A DNA stretch of 64,000 bases from Vicinamibacterales bacterium (GTDB lineage Bacteria > Acidobacteriota > Vicinamibacteria > Vicinamibacterales > UBA2999): contig JBAZYO010000005.1 of NCBI GenBank assembly GCA_041659285.1, positions 83,188 to 147,187 on the forward strand, in the 5' to 3' direction. The translations under genes and the position numbers were made by a program. The notes under the pieces were generated by a model, which was given only the letters and a program-made list of their open reading frames with translations, did not search any database and was not told where the DNA came from. How positions within the stretch are numbered: position 1 is the first letter of the stretch; each line of letters starts with the position of its first letter. Of this stretch, positions 43,209 to 51,351 are shown piece by piece.

Positions 43209-43969
43209 GAATGCGCGGGGGCGTGCGTGCTCGGCTCGCCCTCGTAGTCGTCCCCGTGGTCGTCCACGTGGGTGGCGGCGGTCAGGTAGATGGCGCCCAG
43301 CGTCAGGAAGATGAACGCCTGGAGCGGGCCGACGATCAATCCCAGGAACTGAATCGGCAGCGGCGCGATGAACGGGACGATGCTGGCGAGAATCAGCACG
43401 ACGAGGTGCTCGCCGAAGATGTTGCCGAACAGGCGGAGCGTGAGCGACAGCACGCGCGACAGGTGGCTGATGATTTCGATCACGAAGATCATCGGCGCCA
43501 GCGCAATCGGCACGCCCGGCATCACCGCGAAGTGCTTGATGTAGTTGATCGGGCCGTTCGCCATCACGCCCTGCGCGTGATAGTAGAGCCACAGCGTCAG
43601 CGCGCACGCGAACGGGACGTTGATGTTGCTGGTCGGCGAGCCGAGGCCGGGGACCTGGCCCATCAGGTTGCCGATCAGGATGAACACGAAGAGCGTGCCG
43701 AGCAGCGGCAGGTACTTGCGGCCCTTCTTGCCCATGTTGTCTTCGAGCACGCCCACCAGGAACGAGACGACGTCCTCGAGGACGATCTGGAGCTTGCCGG
43801 GGTTGTCGACGCTCAGCTGCGAGCGGATGGCCAGGCCGATGAAGAGGATGAACAGCGTAATCAGCCCGACGAAGACCATGTGGTCGGGGATCTCGGCGTG
43901 AATGCCGAGGGTCGCGAGCAGGAGGTTGATGATCGCGACTAGTGGGGACGGATGTTCAATTGCTTCCAC
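43202..43969 (-). CDS. atpB: F-type ATPase subunit a, without neighbouring atp genes
   Basis: 'LSLTLRLFGNIFGEH' carries the conserved Arg. 5-6 TM segments. Acidic/His-rich tail 'THVDDHGDDYEGEPSTHAPAHSH'. GTG start. Confidence 0.8.
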   Translation of the reverse strand: MEAIEHPSPLVAIINLLLATLGIHAEIPDHMVFVGLITLFILFIGLAIRSQLSVDNPGKLQIVLEDVVSFLVGVLEDNMGKKGRKYLPLLGTLFVFILIGNLMGQVPGLGSPTSNINVPFACALTLWLYYHAQGVMANGPINYIKHFAVMPGVPIALAPMIFVIEIISHLSRVLSLTLRLFGNIFGEHLVVLILASIVPFIAPLPIQFLGLIVGPLQAFIFLTLGAIYLTAATHVDDHGDDYEGEPSTHAPAHSH

Positions 43970-44014
43970 AGCCGGACATTGTACTAGATTTCACAAGGGC
44001 GGGGCGTACATAGA

Positions 44015-44040
44015 AAGGGCGGCACAGAAGTGCCGCCCTT
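44015..44040 (-). terminator. intrinsic terminator-like hairpin after the lipoprotein gene
   Basis: 'aagggcggcac agaa gtgccgccctt' (11-bp stem), followed on the minus strand by 'tttctatgt'. Confidence 0.6.
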
Positions 44041-44059
44041 CTGGCATTAACTCCTGTAT

Positions 44060-44419
44060 TTACAGGAACTTAATGCTCTTTTCGCGGATGTGGAGGCCGA
44101 ACGAACGGCCGCCGATCAGCGCGACTTCCTCGACCTCGCCGCGCACGCGGACCCGGGCGTTCTTGCCGGGGGTGCGGTTGTTGTCGGAGATCACCAGCAT
44201 TTCGCCGGAGCCGTCGCTCACCCGGTAGACCTTGAACGGCACGAACGGGATGCCGAACGAGGTGGTGACGACGCCCTCAACGGTCACGGTCTTGTCCGCG
44301 AACTTGCCGGGATTGGTCTGCACCTCAGAAATCGAACGCGAGCCCATCGACGCGCAAGCGCCGGTGAGCGCGCTGGCTGCGATGACGAGACTCCAAACGA
44401 TGTTGCGTGTGCGACCCAT
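44060..44419 (-). CDS. small lipoprotein with OB-fold-like (BOF/YgiW-like) body, hypothetical
   Basis: 'MGRTRNIVWSLVIAASALTGAC' is a signal with a Cys. 'KTVTVEGVV...ARVRVRGEVEE' follows. ATG 44419 is preferred over 44605. Confidence 0.65.
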   Translation of the reverse strand: MGRTRNIVWSLVIAASALTGACASMGSRSISEVQTNPGKFADKTVTVEGVVTTSFGIPFVPFKVYRVSDGSGEMLVISDNNRTPGKNARVRVRGEVEEVALIGGRSFGLHIREKSIKFL

Positions 44420-44438
44420 GGCGAATCTCCCAGTTCCC

Positions 44439-44498
44439 GGCACCCCTAAAAGGGGTGCCCTACAACTCTCTCCGTAGGGCACCCCTTTATGGGGTGCC
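44439..44498. repeat. inverted doublet of GTAG-capped hairpins (REPIN/BIME-like)
   Basis: 'ggcacccc taaaa ggggtgcc ctac aactctctcc gtag ggcacccc tttat ggggtgcc'. Confidence 0.8.
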
Positions 44499-44699
44499 AA
44501 GAGAGAAGTAGGCCGCGGACGGATCGTGAAGAGTGCGGCCGAAGGGCGGCGATGCCAGCGCCTGCCTGATAGTTCGCCCCTCGGTGATCCGCCGCAGCCT
44601 GCCACCCAGAACTACAAGGGTCGTGCCACCGACCAAGGCAGGGCCGCAGATGACACAGATAACGCAGATCTTGTTTTAAAAGAGGCAGTTACAGGCGGA

Positions 44700-44727
44700 G
44701 GCCCCAGGCCCCAGGCCCCAGGCCCCA
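44700..44727. repeat. (GGCCCCA)x4 heptamer tandem repeat, a G-quadruplex motif on the minus strand
   Basis: Four perfect copies. The minus strand reads GGGGCCTGGGGCCTGGGGCCTGGGG. Confidence 0.85.
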
Positions 44728-44770
44728 AGCCTCGCGTCTTGTCCCCGGACAAGGACGAAGCGTCCGACGA

Positions 44771-46108
44771 TCAATACACTCCGAGGTAGCGGTCCATCTC
44801 CCACGGCGAGACGTGGCGGATGTATTCGGCCCACTCCTCGCGCTTGGCTTCGAGGAAGTGATTGAAGATGTGCTCGCCCAGCGTCTCCTTGACCAGCTCG
44901 TCTTTCTCGAACTCATCCAAGGCTTCGCTGAGGTTGGCCGGCAGGTCGTCGATGCGCAGGTGGCGGCGCTCGCGATGGCTCATCTTGTAGATGTTCTTGT
45001 TCACCGGCGGACCGGGATCCACCGCGTGATCGATGCCGTCGAGGCCGGCGCGCAACATCACCGCCAGGGCGAGGTAGGGATTGCACGATGGATCCGGCAT
45101 GCGCAGCTCGATGCGCGTCGAGGGGCCGCGCGAGGCGGGCACGCGCACGAGCGGGCTGCGGTTCTTCTCGGACCAGGCGATGGCGGTGGGCGCCTCGTAG
45201 CCGGGCACCAGGCGCTTGTAAGAGTTCACCAGCGGGTTGGTGATCGCGCAAAAGCCCTTGGCGTGCTGGAGCAATCCGCCGACGTAGTTGAGGCAGGTCT
45301 GGCTCAACAGGATCTCGTTGCCGGGATCGAAGAAGGCGTTCTGGCCGCCGCTGAAAAGCGACTGGTGCGTGTGCATGCCCGATCCGTTCACTCCGAAGAT
45401 CGGCTTGGGCATGAAGGTCGCGTGCAGGTTGTTCCGCAGCGCCACGTACTTGACGATGAACCGGCACGTACTCACGTTATCCGCCGTCGTCAGGACGTCC
45501 TCTGAGTGAAAATCGATCTCGTGCTGGCCCGGCGCCACTTCGTGGTGCGCCGCTTCGACGCCGATGCCCATCTGCTCGAGGGCAATCACGATTTCGCGGC
45601 GGACGTCTTCACCGAGATCGATGGGCGCGAGGTCGAAGTAGCTGGCGCGATCGTGCGTCTCGGTGGTGGCGCGGCCGTCGCGGCGGAGGAAGAGGAAGAA
45701 CTCGATTTCGGGCCCGGCCACCATGGTGAAGCCGCGCCGGCCGGCCTGCGCGATGGCGTTTTTCAGCGTGGTGCGCGGGCAGCCGGCGAAGGGACTGCCG
45801 TCGGGATTGGCGATGTCGCAGATCAGCCGGCCGACGCGGGCGCCGTTGGGGTCGGCCCACGGGAACACCTGGAAGGTGGACAGGTCCGGCCGCAGGTACA
45901 TGTCCGACTCTTCGATGCGAACGAAGCCTTCGATCGACGAGCCGTCGAACATGATCTTGCCGTCGAGGGCGTCGGCAAACTGGCGGTCGGGGACCTCGAC
46001 GTTCTTGATCACGCCGAGGATGTCGGTGAACTGCAGGCGCAGGAACTTGACACCCTCCTTGTCAGCCCGCGCCAGGATCGCGGTCTTTTCGCCCCCCGCT
46101 TTTGCCAT
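44771..46108 (-). CDS. glnA: glutamine synthetase type I
   Basis: 'VKFLRLQFTDILGVIKNVEVP', 'MFDGSSIEGF' and 'NGSGMHTHQSL'. Confidence 0.9.
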   Translation of the reverse strand: MAKAGGEKTAILARADKEGVKFLRLQFTDILGVIKNVEVPDRQFADALDGKIMFDGSSIEGFVRIEESDMYLRPDLSTFQVFPWADPNGARVGRLICDIANPDGSPFAGCPRTTLKNAIAQAGRRGFTMVAGPEIEFFLFLRRDGRATTETHDRASYFDLAPIDLGEDVRREIVIALEQMGIGVEAAHHEVAPGQHEIDFHSEDVLTTADNVSTCRFIVKYVALRNNLHATFMPKPIFGVNGSGMHTHQSLFSGGQNAFFDPGNEILLSQTCLNYVGGLLQHAKGFCAITNPLVNSYKRLVPGYEAPTAIAWSEKNRSPLVRVPASRGPSTRIELRMPDPSCNPYLALAVMLRAGLDGIDHAVDPGPPVNKNIYKMSHRERRHLRIDDLPANLSEALDEFEKDELVKETLGEHIFNHFLEAKREEWAEYIRHVSPWEMDRYLGVY

Positions 46109-46146
46109 TCAAGGATTCTATGCGTGGACCGGGCCACGCACGCAAT

Positions 46147-46169
46147 GTAGTGTCCGGCTTTAGCCGGAC
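46147..46169 (+). repeat. GTAG-capped hairpin (REP-like), TCCGGC stem
   Basis: 'gtag tg tccggc ttta gccgga c'. The loop holds the complement of the kinase TAA stop (46160-46162). Confidence 0.7.
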
Positions 46170-48856
46170 CCAAGCAGGCGTGTCACCTCCGCGGTGAGCG
46201 CTGCCGCCTCGATGGGCTTGGTCAGGTAGACGTTGGCCCCGAGGCGCAGCGACCGCAGCTCGCTCGACGAGCGGTCGGCGCCCGACACCACCACCACCGG
46301 GATGCGGGCGTCTTTCTCGTTGGCCTTGAGCCGCGCCAACACCTCGTAGCCGTCGATGTTCGGCATCACCAGGTCGAGCACCAGCAGGTCGACGTGCTCG
46401 CGCTCGATGGCGGCCAGCGCCTCGGCGCCGTCGCGCGCCTGCAGGACGCGATGCCCGTTCCGGGTCAGCGCCGCCGTCAGCACTCCACGCAGGTCGTTGT
46501 CGTCTTCGGCGACCAGCACCGTGGCGCCGGTGCGGCTGCCCAGCGACTGGCTGATCTGCCGCAGCAGGTGATCCAGGCCCTCGCCCTTGGTCACCACCGC
46601 GACGCCTTCGGGCCGGCGGCCCGAATCGGTGGCATCCGGCACGCCGGAGACCACCACGACGGGAATGCGCGCGAGCGCGTCCTCGCTGCGCAGGCGCTCG
46701 ATGAACTCCCAGCCATCCAGGCCGGGCATGAGCAGGTCCACGGTGATCACGTCGGGCCGCATGGTGCGCGCGATGTGCATGGCCGAAGCCGCGTCGCGGG
46801 CGTCCAGCACTTCGTAGCCGGCGTGGATCAGCTGCGACCGAATCAGCGCGCGGAAGTCGTCGTCATCGTCCACCACGAGCACGCGGCGCGCGGCGAGGCG
46901 GGCCGAGCCGTCCTGGTTGACCGCGACCGGGGCCAGCGCCAGCGCTGCCGCCTCTTCCACCGAGGCGGTGGGCAGCGTGAACGAGAAGCGCGTGCCCCTA
47001 TTGACCTCGCTGTCCACGTAGATGCGTCCGCCGTGCTGTTCCACCAGCGCCTTGGTGATGGCCAGGCCGAGGCCGGTGCCGCCCTTGCGGCGCGACGCCG
47101 AGCTGTCGACCTGTTGGAACTTCTTGAACAGGCGATTGAGGTTCTCTGGGGCGATCCCGTCGCCCTGGTCCGACACCGCCAGCGTGACCATGGTGTCGGA
47201 GCCGACCGCGGTCACCGAGACGGTGGAGCCCTCCGGCGCGAACTTCACCGCGTTCGACAGCAGGTTCACCAGCGCCTGGACGATGCGGTCCGGATCCACC
47301 ATGACGGGGCGGAGCCTGGCCGGCAGCCTGGCATCAAGGGTGACCTGGGCGGCGCGGGCCGGGCCCTCGACCACCTGGATCGACTGCCGCACGATGTCGG
47401 CCACGTTCACGGGCTTCGTGTGCAGCGTGATGTTGCCAGACTCGATCTTCGCGATGTCGAGCATGTCGTTGATGATGCGGACCAGGCGCTCGCAGTTGTT
47501 CAACGCGATCTGCAGCAACTGCCGGTGCTCCTCACCGGGCACCGAATCCGGCTCGTCGAGCACCAGCTGCACCGACCCGCGGATCGAGGTCAGCGGGGTC
47601 CGCAGTTCGTGGCTGACAATCGACACGAACTCGTCCTTCATCCGGTCCACTTCACGCAGGCGCGAGATGTCCTGGAAGGCCACCACGGCGCCGGCCACGT
47701 GGCCGAGCTCGTTGCGCAGCGGCGCGCCGCTGGCCAGGATGGGGAAGACGCGGCCGTCGGGATGGTGAATCTCGAGCTCCTGGTTGATCACCTGCTCGCC
47801 GCGCAACGCGCGCGCCGAGATCCACTCCTCGGGTGGGATCGGCGTGCCGTCTTTCGCGATGCGCTTGAAGCGCGCCCAGTAGTTCGCGCGCAGCTCGGCG
47901 CCCCGCGGCTCGATGCCAAACACGTCGGTGGCGGCGCGGTTGCGCAGGCGCACGCTGCCGTCGGTGTTGAAGATCATCAGCGCCGCCGGTACGGTCTCGA
48001 GCGTGGCCAGCAGGTCGGCGTGCGCGGCCTCGACGCGGCGGCGTGATTCGACGGTCACCGCGGCCAGCTCGCGCGTTTCGCTCAGCGCCGTGGCCAGCTC
48101 GCGCTCGCGGATCTGGATGGACTGCGCCATCTTCGCAAACGAGTTGAACAGCACGCCGATCTCGTCGGCGCGCAGGGTCTGGTGCGCGGCGGCGAAGTCG
48201 CCCCGCTCGATGCCCTCGGCCGACTCGGTCAGCTGCCGCAGCGGATCGAGCACGCCGCGCTTGGCGAACCAGATGATGAGCGAGATGGCGCCGATGAACA
48301 CGCTGGCAAACGCGGTCCTGACCACCGCCAGGGTCGCGCGCTGGTTGACAATGGTATCCGAGACCTGGCGCAGCAGCTCGCGCTCACGGGCGTCGAATGC
48401 GACGAGCTCCTGGTTGATCCTGGTGAAGTCATCCGCGGTGCGCCGAATGAGCAGCTCCTGGTCGGCGACCGTCGCCCGGCCGAGCGGGACGGTCTGGTCC
48501 CACAGCGCGGTCCACGAACCCGCCGCCGAGCGAATGCGGGCGAGGCGCTCGAGCTGTGCCGAATCGCGCGTGAGCGACGCCAGGTGCGACATCGCCCCGC
48601 TGTAGACGCGGCGATTGTCGTCGCGCCCGTGGCGCAACGCCGGCGCGCCAGTCAGGGCGTAGGCGAGGTGATTGGCCCGCGCCTCGACCAGCGCGCGCCA
48701 CATGGTGCCGTGGACGTTGAGGACTTCGGAGATGCGCTGCTGGTTGGCGTCCATCCTCGTCGATTCGCCGTACGAATAGACGACGAGGCCGATGGCGAGG
48801 GCGGCGAGGAGGTAAATCAGCCAGAGGCCGATGAACGCCCGCGTGCGGATGGTCAC
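46160..48856 (-). CDS. CHASE3-HAMP-PAS hybrid histidine kinase with two receiver domains
   Basis: H-box 'IVSHELRTPLTSI', 'DQGDGI', 'GTGLGL', and REC domains 'VLVVDDDDDFRA' and 'VLVAEDDNDLRG'. GTG start overlaps the upstream stop. Confidence 0.9.
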   Translation of the reverse strand: MTIRTRAFIGLWLIYLLAALAIGLVVYSYGESTRMDANQQRISEVLNVHGTMWRALVEARANHLAYALTGAPALRHGRDDNRRVYSGAMSHLASLTRDSAQLERLARIRSAAGSWTALWDQTVPLGRATVADQELLIRRTADDFTRINQELVAFDARERELLRQVSDTIVNQRATLAVVRTAFASVFIGAISLIIWFAKRGVLDPLRQLTESAEGIERGDFAAAHQTLRADEIGVLFNSFAKMAQSIQIRERELATALSETRELAAVTVESRRRVEAAHADLLATLETVPAALMIFNTDGSVRLRNRAATDVFGIEPRGAELRANYWARFKRIAKDGTPIPPEEWISARALRGEQVINQELEIHHPDGRVFPILASGAPLRNELGHVAGAVVAFQDISRLREVDRMKDEFVSIVSHELRTPLTSIRGSVQLVLDEPDSVPGEEHRQLLQIALNNCERLVRIINDMLDIAKIESGNITLHTKPVNVADIVRQSIQVVEGPARAAQVTLDARLPARLRPVMVDPDRIVQALVNLLSNAVKFAPEGSTVSVTAVGSDTMVTLAVSDQGDGIAPENLNRLFKKFQQVDSSASRRKGGTGLGLAITKALVEQHGGRIYVDSEVNRGTRFSFTLPTASVEEAAALALAPVAVNQDGSARLAARRVLVVDDDDDFRALIRSQLIHAGYEVLDARDAASAMHIARTMRPDVITVDLLMPGLDGWEFIERLRSEDALARIPVVVVSGVPDATDSGRRPEGVAVVTKGEGLDHLLRQISQSLGSRTGATVLVAEDDNDLRGVLTAALTRNGHRVLQARDGAEALAAIEREHVDLLVLDLVMPNIDGYEVLARLKANEKDARIPVVVVSGADRSSSELRSLRLGANVYLTKPIEAAALTAEVTRLLGSG

Positions 48857-49230
48857 GGGACCTTCGCGGTGACGATGTCCTTGACCTGCTGCCCGAGCGA
48901 CAGCGCGTCAAACGGTTTGGTTACGTAGCCGGAGGCGCCGAGGCTCAACCCGCGCTGGATCTCCGCCTCTTGCGACTTCGCCGTCAGGAAGATGACCGGG
49001 ATGCCGGCGGTGGCCGGGTCCGCCTTGAGCTGCCGGCACGTTTCCGGGCCGTCGAGCTCGGGCATCATCCAGTCGAGCAGCACCACGTCGGGCGGCTGCT
49101 GGCGAATGGCGTCCAGCGCCTCCTGGCCGTTGTTGACCACCCTGACGATGAAGCCGGCGCGCTTCAGCGCGAGCCTGGCGACGAGCTGGATGTCGGGGTC
49201 GTCCTCGGCGAGTACGACCGCCAGGCTCAT
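48853..49230 (-). CDS. single-domain response regulator
   Basis: 'VVLAEDDPDIQLV...VVLLDWMMPELDG...YVTKPF'. ATG 49230 overlaps the upstream stop (ATGA). Confidence 0.85.
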   Translation of the reverse strand: MSLAVVLAEDDPDIQLVARLALKRAGFIVRVVNNGQEALDAIRQQPPDVVLLDWMMPELDGPETCRQLKADPATAGIPVIFLTAKSQEAEIQRGLSLGASGYVTKPFDALSLGQQVKDIVTAKVP

Positions 49231-50516
49231 GACGCCGCGCTCTTCGCCGGCGGCGCGTCGGCCACGGGCGCGGCGGCCATTGGCAGCGGCGCCGTCAACG
49301 TGGCGAGCTGGGCCGCGAAGATCGAGGCCACCGCCACGCACGCGTCATCCGCGGCCTTGCCGGGTTGCAGTTCCGCCGACAGCACGCCCACCGGGCCGGT
49401 GGGCCCGCACATCGGCACCGCGATCGCGGCCGCGGCGGAACCGTGGGCGACGCTCAGCCGTGGCGCGTTTGCGCGCAGGGCCGCGGCGGTGAGGTTGTCA
49501 CTGGCGCGATCGATGGCGCCGACGCGCGCGACCACGCGGGCGTCGAAGCCATGCGAGGCGACCGCCGACAGCGAGGCGCCGTCGTTCGACGTCACCCATA
49601 CGATGAGGCCTTTGGCGCCAATCACGTCGCCCGCGCGCGCGAGCGCCCCGGACAGCGCGCCGATGTCGGTGAGCGTCGAGAGGTCGGCGCAGATCTCGGC
49701 GACCAGCTTCAAGTCGGGCCCGCCTTCGCGGCCGGAGGCCGCTTCCACCTTCGCTGAAGCTCCGGTGGACAAGCCGGCGAGGTCTCGCCGAAGCTCCCCA
49801 GAGCCTTTGGGAGCGGAGGCGGAACCCTCGAGCGGTTCGTCTGTCTTGAGGTTGAGGTCTTCCCCGGGCGGTACTTTTTTCAGCGTGTCGGCCAGGTCAT
49901 GCCGCCACTCAAGGGGTTCCTTCGCGGCAGGCGTGCGGCCCGGCAACAGGAGCAGCGCGACGAGGAACCACGCGGCCACACCGGCTGCCGCCAGCGCGGC
50001 CTGCTCCTGGCGGATGCCGGCGGTCCTGCGGTCGGCGTTGGTGCGAAGGGTGGAACGGACGGCCGTCACTTGTTCGGTGACGGCGTTCAACAGGTCGCGA
50101 ACCTCGGTGAACAGCACGTCGCCGGCCAGCAGGAGCTCGCCGCGCTCCACGTACTGGCGCGCGCGCTTGTCGGCGGCAGCGAGCTGGTCAACGCCGTCGA
50201 GGGAATCGGAGAGCGAGCCACCGGACGCGGCGGCCGCCGTATCCAGGGTCACGAGACGTTGCCTGAGGGTGTCGAGCAGCGTGCCGACGCGGTGCGCCCA
50301 GAATTCGGTCCCCTGGTTCGGCGCGACGTAGGCGTACATGGAGCCGCGGACGTCGAGCAGGGCGCCGAAGGCTTCTTCCGCCGCCTGGTCCGTGGCGGCG
50401 CCGTCCTGCCGGGCCGCGGCCAACCGGGCCTCGTCGGCCATCGCGCGGTAACCGAGGCCCGCGGTGGCGAGCAGTGCGAACGCGAACAGGGCGATGCGAA
50501 CAGTGCGGCGACCCAT
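49227..50516 (-). CDS. membrane protein with periplasmic helical domain and C-terminal GAF-like domain, hypothetical sensor
   Basis: N-terminal TM 'VRIALFAFALLATAGL' and second TM 'AAAGVAAWFLVALLLL'. The C-terminal ~170 aa are GAF-like by eye only. First gene of the operon. Confidence 0.6.
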   Translation of the reverse strand: MGRRTVRIALFAFALLATAGLGYRAMADEARLAAARQDGAATDQAAEEAFGALLDVRGSMYAYVAPNQGTEFWAHRVGTLLDTLRQRLVTLDTAAAASGGSLSDSLDGVDQLAAADKRARQYVERGELLLAGDVLFTEVRDLLNAVTEQVTAVRSTLRTNADRRTAGIRQEQAALAAAGVAAWFLVALLLLPGRTPAAKEPLEWRHDLADTLKKVPPGEDLNLKTDEPLEGSASAPKGSGELRRDLAGLSTGASAKVEAASGREGGPDLKLVAEICADLSTLTDIGALSGALARAGDVIGAKGLIVWVTSNDGASLSAVASHGFDARVVARVGAIDRASDNLTAAALRANAPRLSVAHGSAAAAIAVPMCGPTGPVGVLSAELQPGKAADDACVAVASIFAAQLATLTAPLPMAAAPVADAPPAKSAAS

Positions 50517-50592
50517 TACGAGTGAAAGGATAGCAGAAACCCCAGGTGCCGACGGGTGCGTACGCGTGCCTGAGGGGCCTAAGGGCTGGTGC

Positions 50593-51348
50593 TCAGAACG
50601 TGGGCAGGTACGGTGTCAGCCACTGGGCGATGACCGTGAAGCGGTTGGTGAAGATCAAGACACCGATGATGATCATCAACGCGCCCGACACGATTTCAAT
50701 CGCGTGGTAGTAACGGCGAATCCTGGCAAACGCGACGAAGAACTGGTTGATGGCGAGGGCGGTGAGCAGGAAGGGAATGGCCAGCCCGAGCGAGTAGGTG
50801 GAGAGCAGCACGATGCCCTGTCCCACCGAGTCTTGCTGCGCCGCGACCAGCAGGATGGCCGAGAGGATGGGGCCGATGCACGGCGTCCAGCCGAAGGCGA
50901 ACGAGATGCCGACGATGACGGCGCCGAGCATGCTGGCGGGCTTGGTGTTGGCCTGCACCCGCTTTTCCTGGAGCAGCCACTCGATCTTGAACACGCCCAT
51001 GGTGTGCAGGCCGAACACGACCAGCAGCACGCCGGCGATCTTGCCGAAGATGGTGAGCCGTTCCATCAGGAACTGGCCGAGGTAGGTCGCCGAGGCGCCG
51101 AGCGACACGAACACGAGCGAGAAGCCGAGGATGAAGAACAGCGAGGTGATGATCACCTGCCGCTTGGCCGCCGCGCTGACGCCGCCCGCCACCGCCACGG
51201 CGCCGCCACCCCCCGGCATGCCGCGCATCTCTTCGAGCGAGACGCCCGAGATGAACGACAGGTAGCCGGGAATGAGCGGCAGCACGCAGGGGGAGATGAA
51301 GCTGAGGACCCCTGCGATGAAGGCGCCGAAGAGCGATACGTTTTCCAT
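50593..51348 (-). CDS. ccdA: cytochrome c biogenesis protein CcdA (DsbD-family membrane thiol-disulfide transporter)
   Basis: 'GAFIAGVLSFISPCVLPLIPGYLSFISG' and 'FAFGWTPCIGPIL'. Confidence 0.85.
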   Translation of the reverse strand: MENVSLFGAFIAGVLSFISPCVLPLIPGYLSFISGVSLEEMRGMPGGGGAVAVAGGVSAAAKRQVIITSLFFILGFSLVFVSLGASATYLGQFLMERLTIFGKIAGVLLVVFGLHTMGVFKIEWLLQEKRVQANTKPASMLGAVIVGISFAFGWTPCIGPILSAILLVAAQQDSVGQGIVLLSTYSLGLAIPFLLTALAINQFFVAFARIRRYYHAIEIVSGALMIIIGVLIFTNRFTVIAQWLTPYLPTF

Positions 51349-51351
51349 TGA

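Noticed and set aside
16608-44498. GGCACC...GGTGCC palindromes considered as NtrC-type enhancer-binding sites (TGCACC-N5-GGTGCA like)
   Set aside because: Spacing between the half-sites is 8-9 nt rather than 5. Copies sit at gene 3' ends inside operons, and I found no GG-N10-GC sigma-54 promoter nearby. The GTAG cap fits REP elements better.
46394-50331. Long plus-strand ORFs 46394..48046 and 48970..50331
   Set aside because: They are antisense to the CHASE3 kinase and the TM/GAF-like gene. The products are Arg/Ala/Gly/His-rich without motifs.
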